Assembly: GCA_002269645.1 (NCBI GenBank)
Contig: NIVC01002288.1
Span: 1 to 64,000, forward strand
DNA length: 64,000 bases
Source of the DNA: Macrostomum lignano
Taxonomy: Eukaryota
Reading direction: 5' to 3'
Part shown: piece after piece, positions 1-12,600 of the stretch
How the letters are laid out: every line of letters starts with the position of its first letter
Position numbering within the stretch: the first letter of the stretch is position 1
Program-made: the position numbers and the translations under genes
The notes under the pieces: generated by a model
The model's input: only the letters and a program-made list of their open reading frames with translations
Told to the model about the DNA's origin: nothing
Databases searched by the model: none

Positions 1-530
1 ATTTGTGGCGCCTCGCAGTCACTGCTCTACTGGGCTCCGAGTCGGTGTGTCAATGCAAGACCACTCCAATCGTTTGTTAGAAGAAATTACCACTGTAGAA
101 CTGTGCAGCAAAATCTGTACCTAAAAAAAAACTCCAGCAACGTCTCTTTAGGTCCCGCACCAGAAATCTGAGTGCGTGTACCAATGTCGCTGCAATGCAG
201 CCGGATTTGTGAGGAGCAACCGAAACTCCAGCTACGAGAGCATCGACCTAATGAGTGAGGGCGATCAAACCTGACTGCTGGACAGTTTAATTGACTCTTG
301 GGCCTCGGTGTTCATTGGCATTTGCAGACTCCTAGGAGCGTCGTTTGCGCATGTTCGCCGCCTCTGCCTTGACGATTTTTTAGCCTACACTGCCTTGTCA
401 GATTGAGCGGCCTGGTGGGTGCATCAAAGCGTGGATCAGCACCCAACAACGCTCAAATCGGGTTAGTTGCACTACCGGCATGGGAGTCCCCGCCTTCCTG
501 CTGTGTCCCTCCCGGGAATGTCTGCAACTA
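1..530 (+). pseudogene. Decayed WSC+PAN paralog (copy 0)
   Basis: 21-75 reads ALLGSESVCQCKTTP, versus ALLVSGSLCQRKATP in the gene at 998. 85-245 aligns to the WSC exon (TVELCSKICT...LGPAPE.SECVYQC...RNSSYE) with a deletion, a stop and frameshifts. GTTCGCCGCCTCTGCC at ~353-368 is identical to exon 2 of the gene at 1538. Confidence 0.7.
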
Positions 531-997
531 AGTCCAGTAATTGTCAAAGTGCAAATTATTCTTATGAATTCATGCAGAGCTTTCGTACCTTGTCTAAGTC
601 GTACGCTCGTAACCAACAAACATCGACGCGTGTTTAAACTGCAATTCACTAGTTTATTACTTTTCAAAGCAAATCTAGTTTTTCACTCTAGCGGCTAACA
701 AAAAACTCAAAAACTTTTTCTTCCCATTTCCATTCAATGAAAAAGTTAAAGTAGAGCTAAAAAATAGGCATTAAAAGCTGTCACGCATCCGTCACGTCAG
801 TAATTTTTTAGCATCACTCATTGAACAAAAAGCTAAATTTTGCGTGTCAAATTTACTGCTTAAATTCTAAATTCTCTGCTCGCCCTGGGACTCCAAAAAA
901 ACTCAATGCCAGTAGAGCTACTATAAAAGTTTGCAAATGAGATCGCTAGCATGTGTGCCAGATACATTTCTTTGTGCGGGATCTCAAAACAGAGGCA

Positions 998-1785
998 ATG
1001 AGTTCGGGACTCAATGCTTTGGTCGCTGTTGCAGTGGCCGCTCTGCTGGTCTCCGGGTCGCTGTGCCAGCGCAAAGCCACTCCGGTCTATGTGGGCTGCT
1101 TCGTTGACCAAGCTGCTCCCAACAGAGACATGCAGGGCCTGTTTGCATCGCCCAGCTTGGACCGTTTAGCGTCACCTATATGGCGCAAGGCTTTTGTGCG
1201 AAGAAGCGACATGACGGTGGATCTGTGCAGAGAGATCTGCACCTACGGCGGCTTTCGATACGCTGCCAGTTCAGGGGCATCAATGACTGCGCCTGCGACT
1301 CCAGCTACGGCTCATTCGGACAAGCGCCTGAAGCTGATTGCGTGTACCAATGCTCCGGAAATGCCGCCCAGATTTGCGGCGGATCGTACCGAAACTCCAT
1401 CTACGAGAATGTGTACTCAACTAGTGAGTCAATTTGCACAGTCGCCTTTTTTTATTGCATAGTCGCGATTGTTTATTCTGCGAGCATATGAATAGGATTT
1501 TTCTAAACTTTGCTGAACCCTTTTCTATTCGCCGAAGCCTCCCAAGGGCGACTCTTCCGCAAGTTCGCCGCCTCTGCCGCCCCTCCGCTGGTCACCACTT
1601 CCGAATTCGCCGGCTCCCTGGGCTGGGACGTCAAGACGCAGAGTCTGATGCAGTGCGCCGCCTCCTGCGCCCGGTCTGCCAGCTGCTCCTCCTATCGCTT
1701 CAACAGCAGCAGCGGCCTCTGCCGCCTCAGCAGCTTCGCCACCGCCTTCGCCAACGAGACTGGCGATGTCTGGATCTCCGCCTAA
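998..1785 (+). pseudogene. Secreted WSC + PAN/Apple-like gene copy 1, frameshifted (pseudogene or assembly indels)
   Basis: ATG at 998 and a signal peptide, then a WSC domain (YVGCFVD...MTVDLCREIC...CACDSSY...CSGNAAQICGG). Exon 1 998-1423 (GTGAGT donor), exon 2 1538-1785 (C-x3-C-x5-C..YRF...C.L). Against the paralog at 14402 there is a -1 near 1146, a +1 near 1189 and a +2 near 1270-1280. Confidence 0.7.
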
Positions 1786-1853
1786 ATAAAGCCTTTAAGC
1801 TGGCTGGCTCACTGACTGCCGCGGTGTTTTTGTGATTCGTTCAATTCACAGTT

Positions 1854-1961
1854 CTCATTTGGAAGGGAATAATTAATTTGAAGCAAAAATATAATGACAC
1901 TTGAAAGCTCATTTGGAAGGGAATAATTAATTTAAAGCAAAAATATAATGAAACTTGAAAG
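1854..1961. repeat. 54-bp direct tandem duplication
   Basis: ctcatttggaagggaataattaattt(g/a)aagcaaaaatataatga... occurs at 1854 and 1908. Confidence 0.9.
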
Positions 1962-2064
1962 AATAATGCAAATTTTGCTGTTTTAGGGTTTCACACCCCA
2001 AAGATTTATTATACCAAGAAGACCGAGTTTATATATTTCATTTCAGCATTCGATTCCGAATAGA

Positions 2065-2372
2065 TAACAATAACAATTTATTGCACCTGCCCCTATGGAC
2101 GGATGTGCAACCGACAGCTCAGCCGCAGCTATTGCGCGGCGCCTCTGAAGGCTGCGTACGGCTGTTCAGTCCAAGGACTGGGGGGTCGCCACACACACCC
2201 TCATTTACCCCAGCTAATGCTGGCACCCATTTTATAGCTGGGTGAACTGAAGCGATGCAGAGTTAAATGTCTTGCTCAAGGAGACAATTTGTTACTGTTG
2301 GATCCGGGAATCGAACCCCCCCCCGACCTTTAAGTCGCGAGTTCGACGCTCTAACCACCAGGCTACAACCCC
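2065..2372 (-). mobile_element. tRNA-derived SINE, copy 1
   Basis: The minus strand starts GGGGTTGTAGCCTGGTGGTTAGAGCG (A box), then GTTCGATTCC (B box), then a ccttgagcaagaca...cacccagct..aaaatgggtgcc core. Homologous to the copies at 13579 and 28482. Confidence 0.8.
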
Positions 2373-3032
2373 AGGAAAAAGGTTCTGGTTGTCCCTAATT
2401 TGAACATAAATGACTGAGTCTAAGACAGCTCCGCGTTTATTTCAACTTATTTTCGTCTCCATAAGCTCAATAGACATATTTTGTGGTAATCAAAATGAGA
2501 TAAAAATGAGTAAAACCTCATAGCTGACAGATAATGCGAGACCAATAGCAACTCAGCTATTCGTCAAAGCATAATTCGATATTTTCGCAGCAGGTAGCTC
2601 GTACTGGAGACTGAGAATGGCAGTTGAGAGTCAAGTTTCATGAACGCATCCATCCTCATCATGGTCCGCTGCAGTTAAAGTACCAGTAAGTTGAGTTCAC
2701 CACACCTCGCCGCCCTGTAATAAAGGTAGCGTTAATCTGTAAAGTGTCAAGTCACAAGTTGCGTTCAACTCTACTATCAAGACCTTGTGGCGGTCACGCC
2801 ACACGCGCGTGCGCGCTCCGGCAGCGACCCCAACCCCGGCCGGGAGGGCCGGCGCTATGTGCACGGTCGCTGTGCGTTGATTGGCACGGTCGCTGTGCGT
2901 TGATTGGCTGCCCAGTGTACACCGCTGGCCTATATAACTTTAGACCTTTGTCTCACGCGCCTCCACCCTGCTACTACCAAATAAACTTTACGTGGCTCAA
3001 CTCGCCACATCCTTGAATATTCCTGACCTGCA

Positions 3033-3220
3033 GTTCCTGGAGAAGCGTTCTGAAAGTGACAAAGTATTGAATTTTCAAAGTAGACTTTAAAACATCTGGT
3101 GAAATACTGGACAAAAGGTGCCCAGGAAGCAACGACTCACTCGAACAGTTTTCTACCTCTGCGCCCGCAGTACCGGGCCAACTTGTAGCGCTCGATGTCG
3201 CTCAGGGAAACTTGAAGATT
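3033..3220 (-). CDS. Probable 3' exons of the LRRC74-like gene (3141-3220 and ~3033-3054); the final exon is uncertain
   Basis: A phase-0 AG acceptor at 3221-3222 continues IAGLQ|NLQVSLSDIERYKLARYCGRRGRKLFE to a GTGAGT donor. The next phase-compatible exon reads TLLQELQ. No homology check was possible. Confidence 0.5.
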
Positions 3221-3659
3221 CTGCATGTTTGAGGCCACAGAAAGCACAGCAAATTCAATATAATAGTAGACAGTTAGTAGAAATAAATATAAAATAAATA
3301 TTTGCTGGAGGGCTGTGACCACCCTGGCGCAACGCCTTCGGCGACATGGTCCCACAACCAGAGCTGAGGCAATTCTACCCGTTCTGCCCGCTGACTCCTG
3401 AGTGCATGCAAGTGCGCCAGTACTTTACACAGGAAACTCATTCACACGCTCACACAAGGTGTACAGCGGACCTGACTTATTCTTGAGTAGAATGCATGAT
3501 AGCCATCTAAGGGCCAACCCGAAGCATTCACTAAATTCTCGTATCACGCCTCATGCAGAAGCAGAAGCTTTGACCATTTAGCTGAGACCCATAATCCAGA
3601 GACCTGTCCACGCTCTATACACACGCGGTGACATGCGTTATTTAAGAAAAATACGATGA

Positions 3660-6600
3660 CACTACTATATGAACCCGTAAGTGTTGATTTTGGAGGTGGG
3701 GTGGGTGTCAACCCTCCTCGCCTCTCATTGGCTGGCGCCCCGATCACTAGGTGATCGATACCCGTATCGATATCGGCGCTCGGCGCGCGCGCGCCGCAGG
3801 CGCGTGGCGCCAAGCGCCGCAGGCGCACCCTCCCGATATTAGATCCCAATAAATCAATCAGATCCCAAATCAATCAGATCCCAAATCAATCAGATCCCAA
3901 GCGCACCCTCCAGAGCAGCAGGCGTCCATGCCGCAGGCGCCCCTCCCCACCGCACGCGCCCTCCCCGACATGTATGCCGCAGGCGCCCTCCCCGCCTCAG
4001 GCGCCCCTCCCGATATGTATGCGCACTCTCCCTATATGTACACCGATATGTATGCAGCAGGCGCCCGAGTGTACACTCTCCGATATGTGTGTACACCGAT
4101 ATGTAGTCATCGATACGGGCCTCTTCCCCTCTCTCACCTACATCTCATCTAGCGAAATCGAACCCAGGTCGCGCCCATACTAGGACACTACACGGTTGTG
4201 GGGTATAGGGAGCGAGAAGTTTCAACCCTAACGCTGACGCAGCCCTGTACAGTGAGAGTGTACGGGCAGAGAGGGGTGGGGCGGACAGAGAACCAGCCAC
4301 TAGGTTGTTATACTGTTGAAGCATAGGGAGCGAGAAGTTTTAACCCCGATGCTGACGCAGCCCTGTACACTGAGCGTGTACGGGCAGAGGGTGGGTGGAA
4401 AGAGATGTGAATAACACAGCCTGCTGCAGGAGCCGGATAGAGAGGCGCATGCTAGGACAGAGAGGTAGTGTGAGTCACACACACCCCACAGAGAAAGCCA
4501 TACAGAGGATAGAGAGCTCCCTCCCCAGTTGCAGGGGACAGAGAGGCAGGCAGGGTATGCAGGGGCATGCGAACCGTCAAGGGGCCACGCGAGGATAGAG
4601 TGGAGGAGCAGAGATGTGTTTGGACAGAGAGCCAGCCACGTGTGAGTAGTGTGAGGGAACAGAAACATATGGAGCAGGAGGGAGATAGGAAGCAAACGCG
4701 CAGGGTAAGGGAGCCACACAGGGCGGTACAGTGAGACACGGGCAGGGGTGGAGCCGTGCGTGGACAGAGCTGAACGGCACGGTCAGCTGCAGGAATAGGA
4801 TGATAGAGAGGCGCGGAGGGGGACAGAGAGCAGTGTGCAGGGGTAGGCAGCCACGCAGGCTGGGGAACAGAGAGGCGCGTGTCAGCCAGTTGCAGCCCGG
4901 GACAGAGAAGTATGAAGGGGGGCCTGGGACAGAGTTCCGAGCAAGGCACAGAGGTAGGGTCCTGTAGCTATGTATAGGCAGGGAGCCACGCGAGGGCAGG
5001 ACAGGGGAGCAGACATGCAAGTTGCATGCAAGGCCAGAGAGGTGTGCGCGGAGGGAGACAGAGAGCAGTGTGTAGGGGTAGGTAACAGCAAACTTTAGTA
5101 GCGGCGCGTGCGGGGACGGAGAAACCAGTCAGAGCATACAGAGACGTTACAGAGAGGTACACAAGCAGAGACCAAAGCGAGCAGAGCACATGTGTAGGGA
5201 CAGAGACGTGAGGGAGAATCGACCAAAACACGCTATGTATTTTCAAAAGTTGGTTTTAGTGCAACATGTTTAATAGTGGGTAGTATAATAGTATGTACAT
5301 AGTAGGTATAATAGTAGTAATAATAGTAAGCATATTAGCCCAAAAGGTAGACTAAAACAGGCTAAACTGTGTGTACGCATCCTCATCACCCCACAAGCCC
5401 CCTCTCCCGCCAGACTCACTCTACCAAACCCTCCTGTATTGCTGCATGAAGGAAAATATAGTGTAAAAATACAGATCTTAACCGTCAGACCGCTGAAATC
5501 AGGGCACACTAGAGGGGGTTTCGGGGTCTGCATGCTCTATGTAAGCTGCTTGAGGAGGTTCCAAGGGCGTTGTGAGGGTTTCCATTATGTTTTGAAAAAA
5601 ACTAGAGGCTTAAATACAACGTTTTATTCAAAAGTAGGTTATTTTAATGAAATAGCTGACACAATCATTGTCGAGAGTAGAAATTTTTATAAGAAACCAG
5701 GCATTTTAGCAAAAATAAACCTTCAAACCACATAAAATTGAATAAAAAGCAGACATTTTCAATTATAAACCGCAAGTATTTTAATAGAAAAGTAAGCAAA
5801 CAAGGCACAAAACCAGCAAATTTTACCTTTTTATTTTAATGTTACTGATAAGGTAGAGAGTAGAAACTTGTGAGCTGTACGAGTTAGAAAGTATTAACCA
5901 TTATGTATCGTATGAATTATTAGTTCAGTACCAGCCATTGGTCAAGCGAGCATTTATGAAGTTATTACGAGTGATGAAGGGATAGAGAGCTATATACAGG
6001 AAGACAGTATCCTTCTAAACCACCACGAACAGATTGCTAATAGAGATAAGCTTTGTCTGTGTGCAGTATGAGTAAGCGAAGGCGGGGCAAATACTTTTCC
6101 ACATGCCGGACAGAATAGTATTGTGCTAGGATTTCTCTCGAAATCGCGGTACGTTACTAGTTTTTATCACACCATCCAGATGCGTCAACTAGTCAGCAGT
6201 AGTCATTTATATGTTATTAGAACTTACAAACCCAGGTCAAGTAAATATTACAAAGAGTATATTACGTACACACGCCAACTCCGAATACCAAGCCATACTA
6301 GTCTACTTGCAGTGCTCCTGGAGGGAAGGGACGGCGGGGTGTACATCCGGCAGGGTGGGCGTCCAGCGAGTGTACATCTGACAGGATGGGTGTTCAGCAA
6401 GTGTACATCTGACAGGGTGGGCGTTCAGCAAGTGTACCTTCAGCGTCGAGTAGGTGTACACCCGTCAGTGGGAACTCAGCCCCTCCCACCAATGTCGTGT
6501 GCATGCGGTTAGTCAGTATAGTGGTGGGGTAGACGGTGCAGGAAGGAAACCCAGATGCTGACGCTGCCCTGTACAGCGAGCAACCAGCCCTCCTGTAGCA

Positions 6601-9600
6601 GGAGGGGGACAGAGAGTGCGTGGAGGCAGTAGGAGATAGAGGACGCTACCCGGCATGTCGCAGCACGCGGCGCGGGACAGAGAGGCAGTGTGTAAGTCAC
6701 CCCCACAGGGAGAGCTGCCCTGGCAGGAGGCGCGGGACAGAGAGGCGGTGAATCACACCCCACGGAGAGAGCCGTACAGCGAGCTTCCCCACCCGAGTCC
6801 GGTAAATATTACAGAGTATTACGTGCACACGCCAGCCCTGAATACCAAGCCATACTAGTCTACCTGCAGTGCTCCCAGAGGGAAGGGATGGTCAGGAGTT
6901 ACACACCAAGAATGCATTCATACAAAGAGTACACAACTCGAGCCCAGACACCAAGTCACAGTCTACTTACAGTAGAGATGGTAGATTAATAGCAAGATTA
7001 TATTACAATTAGACCTCCCTAGCACATGAGGAGTGAAATTCAATAATAATTGAATTCAATAATAATACAACATTTAGACGTAGTAATTTAATTACAAAAT
7101 ACCACTAACACTGAGCCAACGAATTGTAGGTTACAAAGGAGTTGCCACTCATATGGAAAGCCAGTATAATGCAGGTGTATATTATTAAAACATAGACAAA
7201 AACGATGCAGACGTATATACACACTATTGATTTTGTACATGTACATTTCGGCATATTACCACACATCGCAGGCACATATTATATATCGGGGATAGGTTAA
7301 AATACACACATCGTAGATGTAGAAGCAGACACAATGCAGGAAAATTATGATACGAGTGTACATATTAGTGCGTAAAAGTATCATATTATGACACCCTGTA
7401 GCACATATTGACATAATGCAGGGGAAAATATTGACAGAAATAGTACACAATTGTAGAGGTAACAACCCGCCAACTAGTAAGGACATCCAGCACTTGTTCA
7501 GGTTTTTATTATTTCGAGACGAGTGTCATGCCCCCGCAAGAGATCTTATCAGAAATTTGTTGAACTCCACTGCAACTCTCCCAGAGCCTCCAAATGTGAG
7601 TTTTTAACCCAGGGTCGAGTACAAAGGACCCGCCCACTCTTAACCCCAAGGGGTGATCGTAGCGGAGACCAAGTACAGTGCGGACGGAGAGGGGTAACAG
7701 AAAGCGCTGCATCAGACCGTAGGGCTGCATTCCTCCCCGAGGTAGGCGCGTCAGCTCCCACTCCTCATTTAACCATCAAGTAAACTAAAGAAGTCAAGCA
7801 GAAAGCCTTACAATCACCCGCAACCAGCACAAGTAAGAGTACTTTCCACTAGAGAGCCATAGTGCAAGATTCGCGAGCCAAGTTGAAGAAGCACACCAAA
7901 TTACACTAAAGACATATGTATTAAAAAGCATACCGGCACCTCTACAAAAACACAGTATGTACCGATTAAAGTTGCTTTTGGTGCAGTGTATTTAATAAAA
8001 AGCAGGTACCTAACACAAAAGTAGGCATCAATGCAGTGCACGGACTAAACTGTATTTACAAACGCAGGGCAACGAACTACACACAATGTAGCGCATAGAC
8101 ATAATTGTACGCATAAATGTACGCAATTTCCGGTATATAGGACCAAATGTACACAATGTACACAAACACACACACACACACTCAGGCGCATCCTGCAGCG
8201 CATCCTGCAGCACCGATCGCCGCAGGCGATGGCGCCATCGGCAGGAAGCTCTTGCTGTGAATACGCCTGAGTGTGTGTGTGTGTGTTTGTGTACATTGTG
8301 TACATTTGGTCCTATATACCGGAAATTGCGTACATTTATGCGTACAATTATGTCTATGCGCTACATTGTGTGTAGTTCGTTGCCCTGCGTTTGTAAATAC
8401 AGTTTAGTCCGTGCACTGCATTGATGCCTACTTTTGTGTTAGGTACCTGCTTTTTATTAAATACACTGCACCAAAAGCAACTTTAATCGGTACATACTGT
8501 GTTTTTGTAGAGGTGCCGGTATGCTTTTTAATACATATGTCTTTAGTGTAATTTGGTGTGCTTCTTCAACTTGGCTCGCGAATCTTGCACTATGGCTCTC
8601 TAGTGGAAAGTACTCTTACTTGTGCTGGTTGCGGGTGATTGTAAGGCTTTCTGCTTGACTTCTTTAGTTTACTTGATGGTTAAATGAGGAGTGGGAGCTG
8701 ACGCGCCTACCTCGGGGAGGAATGCAGCCCTACGGTCTGATGCAGCGCTTTCTGTTACCCCTCTCCGTCCGCACTGTACTTGGTCTCCGCTACGATCACC
8801 CCTTGGGGTTAAGAGTGGGCGGGTCCTTTGTACTCGACCCTGGGTTAAAAACTCACATTTGGAGGCTCTGGGGAGAGTTGCAGTGGAGTTCAACAAATTT
8901 CTGATAAGATCTCTTGCGGGGGCATGACACTCGTCTCGAAATAATAAAAACCTGAACAAGTGCTGGATGTCCTTACTAGTTGGCGGGTTGTTACCTCTAC
9001 AATTGTGTACTATTTCTGTCAATATTTTCCCCTGCATTATGTCAATATGTGCTACAGGGTGTCATAATATGATACTTTTACGCACTAATATGTACACTCG
9101 TATCATAATTTTCCTGCATTGTGTCTGCTTCTACATCTACGATGTGTGTATTTTAACCTATCCCCGATATATAATATGTGCCTGCGATGTGTGGTAATAT
9201 GCCGAAATGTACATGTACAAAATCAATAGTGTGTATATACGTCTGCATCGTTTTTGTCTATGTTTTAATAATATACACCTGCATTATACTGGCTTTCCAT
9301 ATGAGTGGCAACTCCTTTGTAACCTACAATTCGTTGGCTCAGTGTTAGTGGTATTTTGTAATTAAATTACTACGTCTAAATGTTGTATTATTATTGAATT
9401 CAATTATTATTGAATTTCACTCCTCATGTGCTAGGGAGGTCTAATTGTAATATAATCTTGCTATTAATCTACCATCTCTACTGTAAGTAGACTGTGACTT
9501 GGTGTCTGGGCTCGAGTTGTGTACTCTTTGTATGAATGCATTCTTGGTGTGTAACTCCTGACCATCCCTTCCCTCTGGGAGCACTGCAGGTAGACTAGTA

Positions 9601-12600
9601 TGGCTTGGTATTCAGGGCTGGCGTGTGCACGTAATACTCTGTAATATTTACCGGACTCGGGTGGGGAAGCTCGCTGTACGGCTCTCTCCGTGGGGTGTGA
9701 TTCACCGCCTCTCTGTCCCGCGCCTCCTGCCAGGGCAGCTCTCCCTGTGGGGGTGACTTACACACTGCCTCTCTGTCCCGCGCCGCGTGCTGCGACATGC
9801 CGGGTAGCGTCCTCTATCTCCTACTGCCTCCACGCACTCTCTGTCCCCCTCCTGCTACAGGAGGGCTGGTTGCTCGCTGTACAGGGCAGCGTCAGCATCT
9901 GGGTTTCCTTCCTGCACCGTCTACCCCACCACTATACTGACTAACCGCATGCACACGACATTGGTGGGAGGGGCTGAGTTCCCACTGACGGGTGTACACC
10001 TACTCGACGCTGAAGGTACACTTGCTGAACGCCCACCCTGTCAGATGTACACTTGCTGAACACCCATCCTGTCAGATGTACACTCGCTGGACGCCCACCC
10101 TGCCGGATGTACACCCCGCCGTCCCTTCCCTCCAGGAGCACTGCAAGTAGACTAGTATGGCTTGGTATTCGGAGTTGGCGTGTGTACGTAATATACTCTT
10201 TGTAATATTTACTTGACCTGGGTTTGTAAGTTCTAATAACATATAAATGACTACTGCTGACTAGTTGACGCATCTGGATGGTGTGATAAAAACTAGTAAC
10301 GTACCGCGATTTCGAGAGAAATCCTAGCACAATACTATTCTGTCCGGCATGTGGAAAAGTATTTGCCCCGCCTTCGCTTACTCATACTGCACACAGACAA
10401 AGCTTATCTCTATTAGCAATCTGTTCGTGGTGGTTTAGAAGGATACTGTCTTCCTGTATATAGCTCTCTATCCCTTCATCACTCGTAATAACTTCATAAA
10501 TGCTCGCTTGACCAATGGCTGGTACTGAACTAATAATTCATACGATACATAATGGTTAATACTTTCTAACTCTGTACAGCTCACAAGTTTCTACTCTCTA
10601 CCTTATCAGTAACATTAAAATAAAAAGGTAAAATTTGCTGGTTTTGTGCCTTGTTTGCTTACTTTTCTATTAAAATACTTGCGGTTTATAATTGAAAATG
10701 TCTGCTTTTTATTCAATTTTATGTGGTTTGAAGGTTTATTTTTGCTAAAATGCCTGGTTTCTTATAAAAATTTCTACTCTCGACAATGATTGTGTCAGCT
10801 ATTTCATTAAAATAACCTACTTTTGAATAAAACGTTGTATTTAAGCCTCTAGTTTTTTTCAAAACATAATGGAAACCCTCACAACGCCCTTGGAACCTCC
10901 TCAAGCAGCTTACATAGAGCATGCAGACCCCGAAACCCCTCTAGTGTGCCCTGATTTCAGCGGTCTGACGGTTAAGATCTGTATTTTTACACTATATTTT
11001 CCTTCATGCAGCAATACAGGAGGGTTTGGTAGAGTGAGTCTGGCGGGAGAGGGGGCTTGTGGGGTGATGAGGATGCGTACACACAGTTTAGCCTGTTTTA
11101 GTCTACCTTTTGGGCTAATATGCTTACTATTATTACTACTATTATACCTACTATGTACATACTATTATACTACCCACTATTAAACATGTTGCACTAAAAC
11201 CAACTTTTGAAAATACATAGCGTGTTTTGGTCGATTCTCCCTCACGTCTCTGTCCCTACACATGTGCTCTGCTCGCTTTGGTCTCTGCTTGTGTACCTCT
11301 CTGTAACGTCTCTGTATGCTCTGACTGGTTTCTCCGTCCCCGCACGCGCCGCTACTAAAGTTTGCTGTTACCTACCCCTACACACTGCTCTCTGTCTCCC
11401 TCCGCGCACACCTCTCTGGCCTTGCATGCAACTTGCATGTCTGCTCCCCTGTCCTGCCCTCGCGTGGCTCCCTGCCTATACATAGCTACAGGACCCTACC
11501 TCTGTGCCTTGCTCGGAACTCTGTCCCAGGCCCCCTTCATACTTCTCTGTCCCGGGCTGCAACTGGCTGACACGCGCCTCTCTGTTCCCCAGCCTGCGTG
11601 GCTGCCTACCCTGCACACTGCTCTCTGTCCCCCTCCGCGCCTCTCTATCATCCTATTCCTGCAGCTGACCGTGCCGTTCAGCTCTGTCCACGCACGGCTC
11701 CACCCCTGCCCGTGTCTCACTGTACCGCCCTGTGTGGCTCCCTTACCCTGCGCGTTTGCTTCCTATCTCCCTCCTGCTCCATATGTTTCTGTTCCCTCAC
11801 ACTACTCACACGTGGCTGGCTCTCTGTCCAAACACATCTCTGCTCCTCCACTCTATCCTCGCGTGGCCCCTTGACGGTTCGCATGCCCCTGCATACCCTG
11901 CCTGCCTCTCTGGCCCCTGCAACTGGGGAGGGAGCTCTCTATCCTCTGTATGGCTTTCTCTGTGGGGTGTGTGTGACTCACACTACCTCTCTGTCCTAGC
12001 ATGCGCCTCTCTATCCGGCTCCTGCAGCAGGCTGTGTTATTCACATCTCTTTCCACCCACCCTCTGCCCGTACACGCTCAGTGTACAGGGCTGCGTCAGC
12101 ATCGGGGTTAAAACTTCTCGCTCCCTATGCTTCAACAGTATAACAACCTAGTGGCTGGTTCTCTGTCCGCCCCACCCCTCTCTGCCCGTACACTCTCACT
12201 GTACAGGGCTGCGTCAGCGTTAGGGTTGAAACTTCTCGCTCCCTATACCCCACAACCGTGTAGTGTCCTAGTATGGGCGCGACCTGGGTTCGATTTCGCT
12301 AGATGAGATGTAGGTGAGAGAGGGGAAGAGGCCCGTATCGATGACTACATATCGGTGTACACACATATCGGGAGAGTGTACACTCGGGGCGCCTGCTGCA
12401 TACATATCGGTGTACATATAGGGAGAGTGCGCATACATATCGGGAGGGGCGCCTGAGGCGGGGAGGGCGCCTGCGGCATACATGTCGGGGGAGGGCGCGT
12501 GCGGTGGGGAGGGGCGCCTGCGGCATGGACGCCTGCTGCTCTGGAGGGTGCGCTTGGGATCTGATTGATTTGGGATCTGATTGATTTGGGATCTGATTGA

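Noticed and set aside
3656-3660. 5-bp TSD ATGAC (Transib-like) for the palindromic element
   Set aside because: The fifth base (C3660) pairs with terminal G12794 as part of the TIR, so a 4-bp ATGA duplication is the consistent reading.
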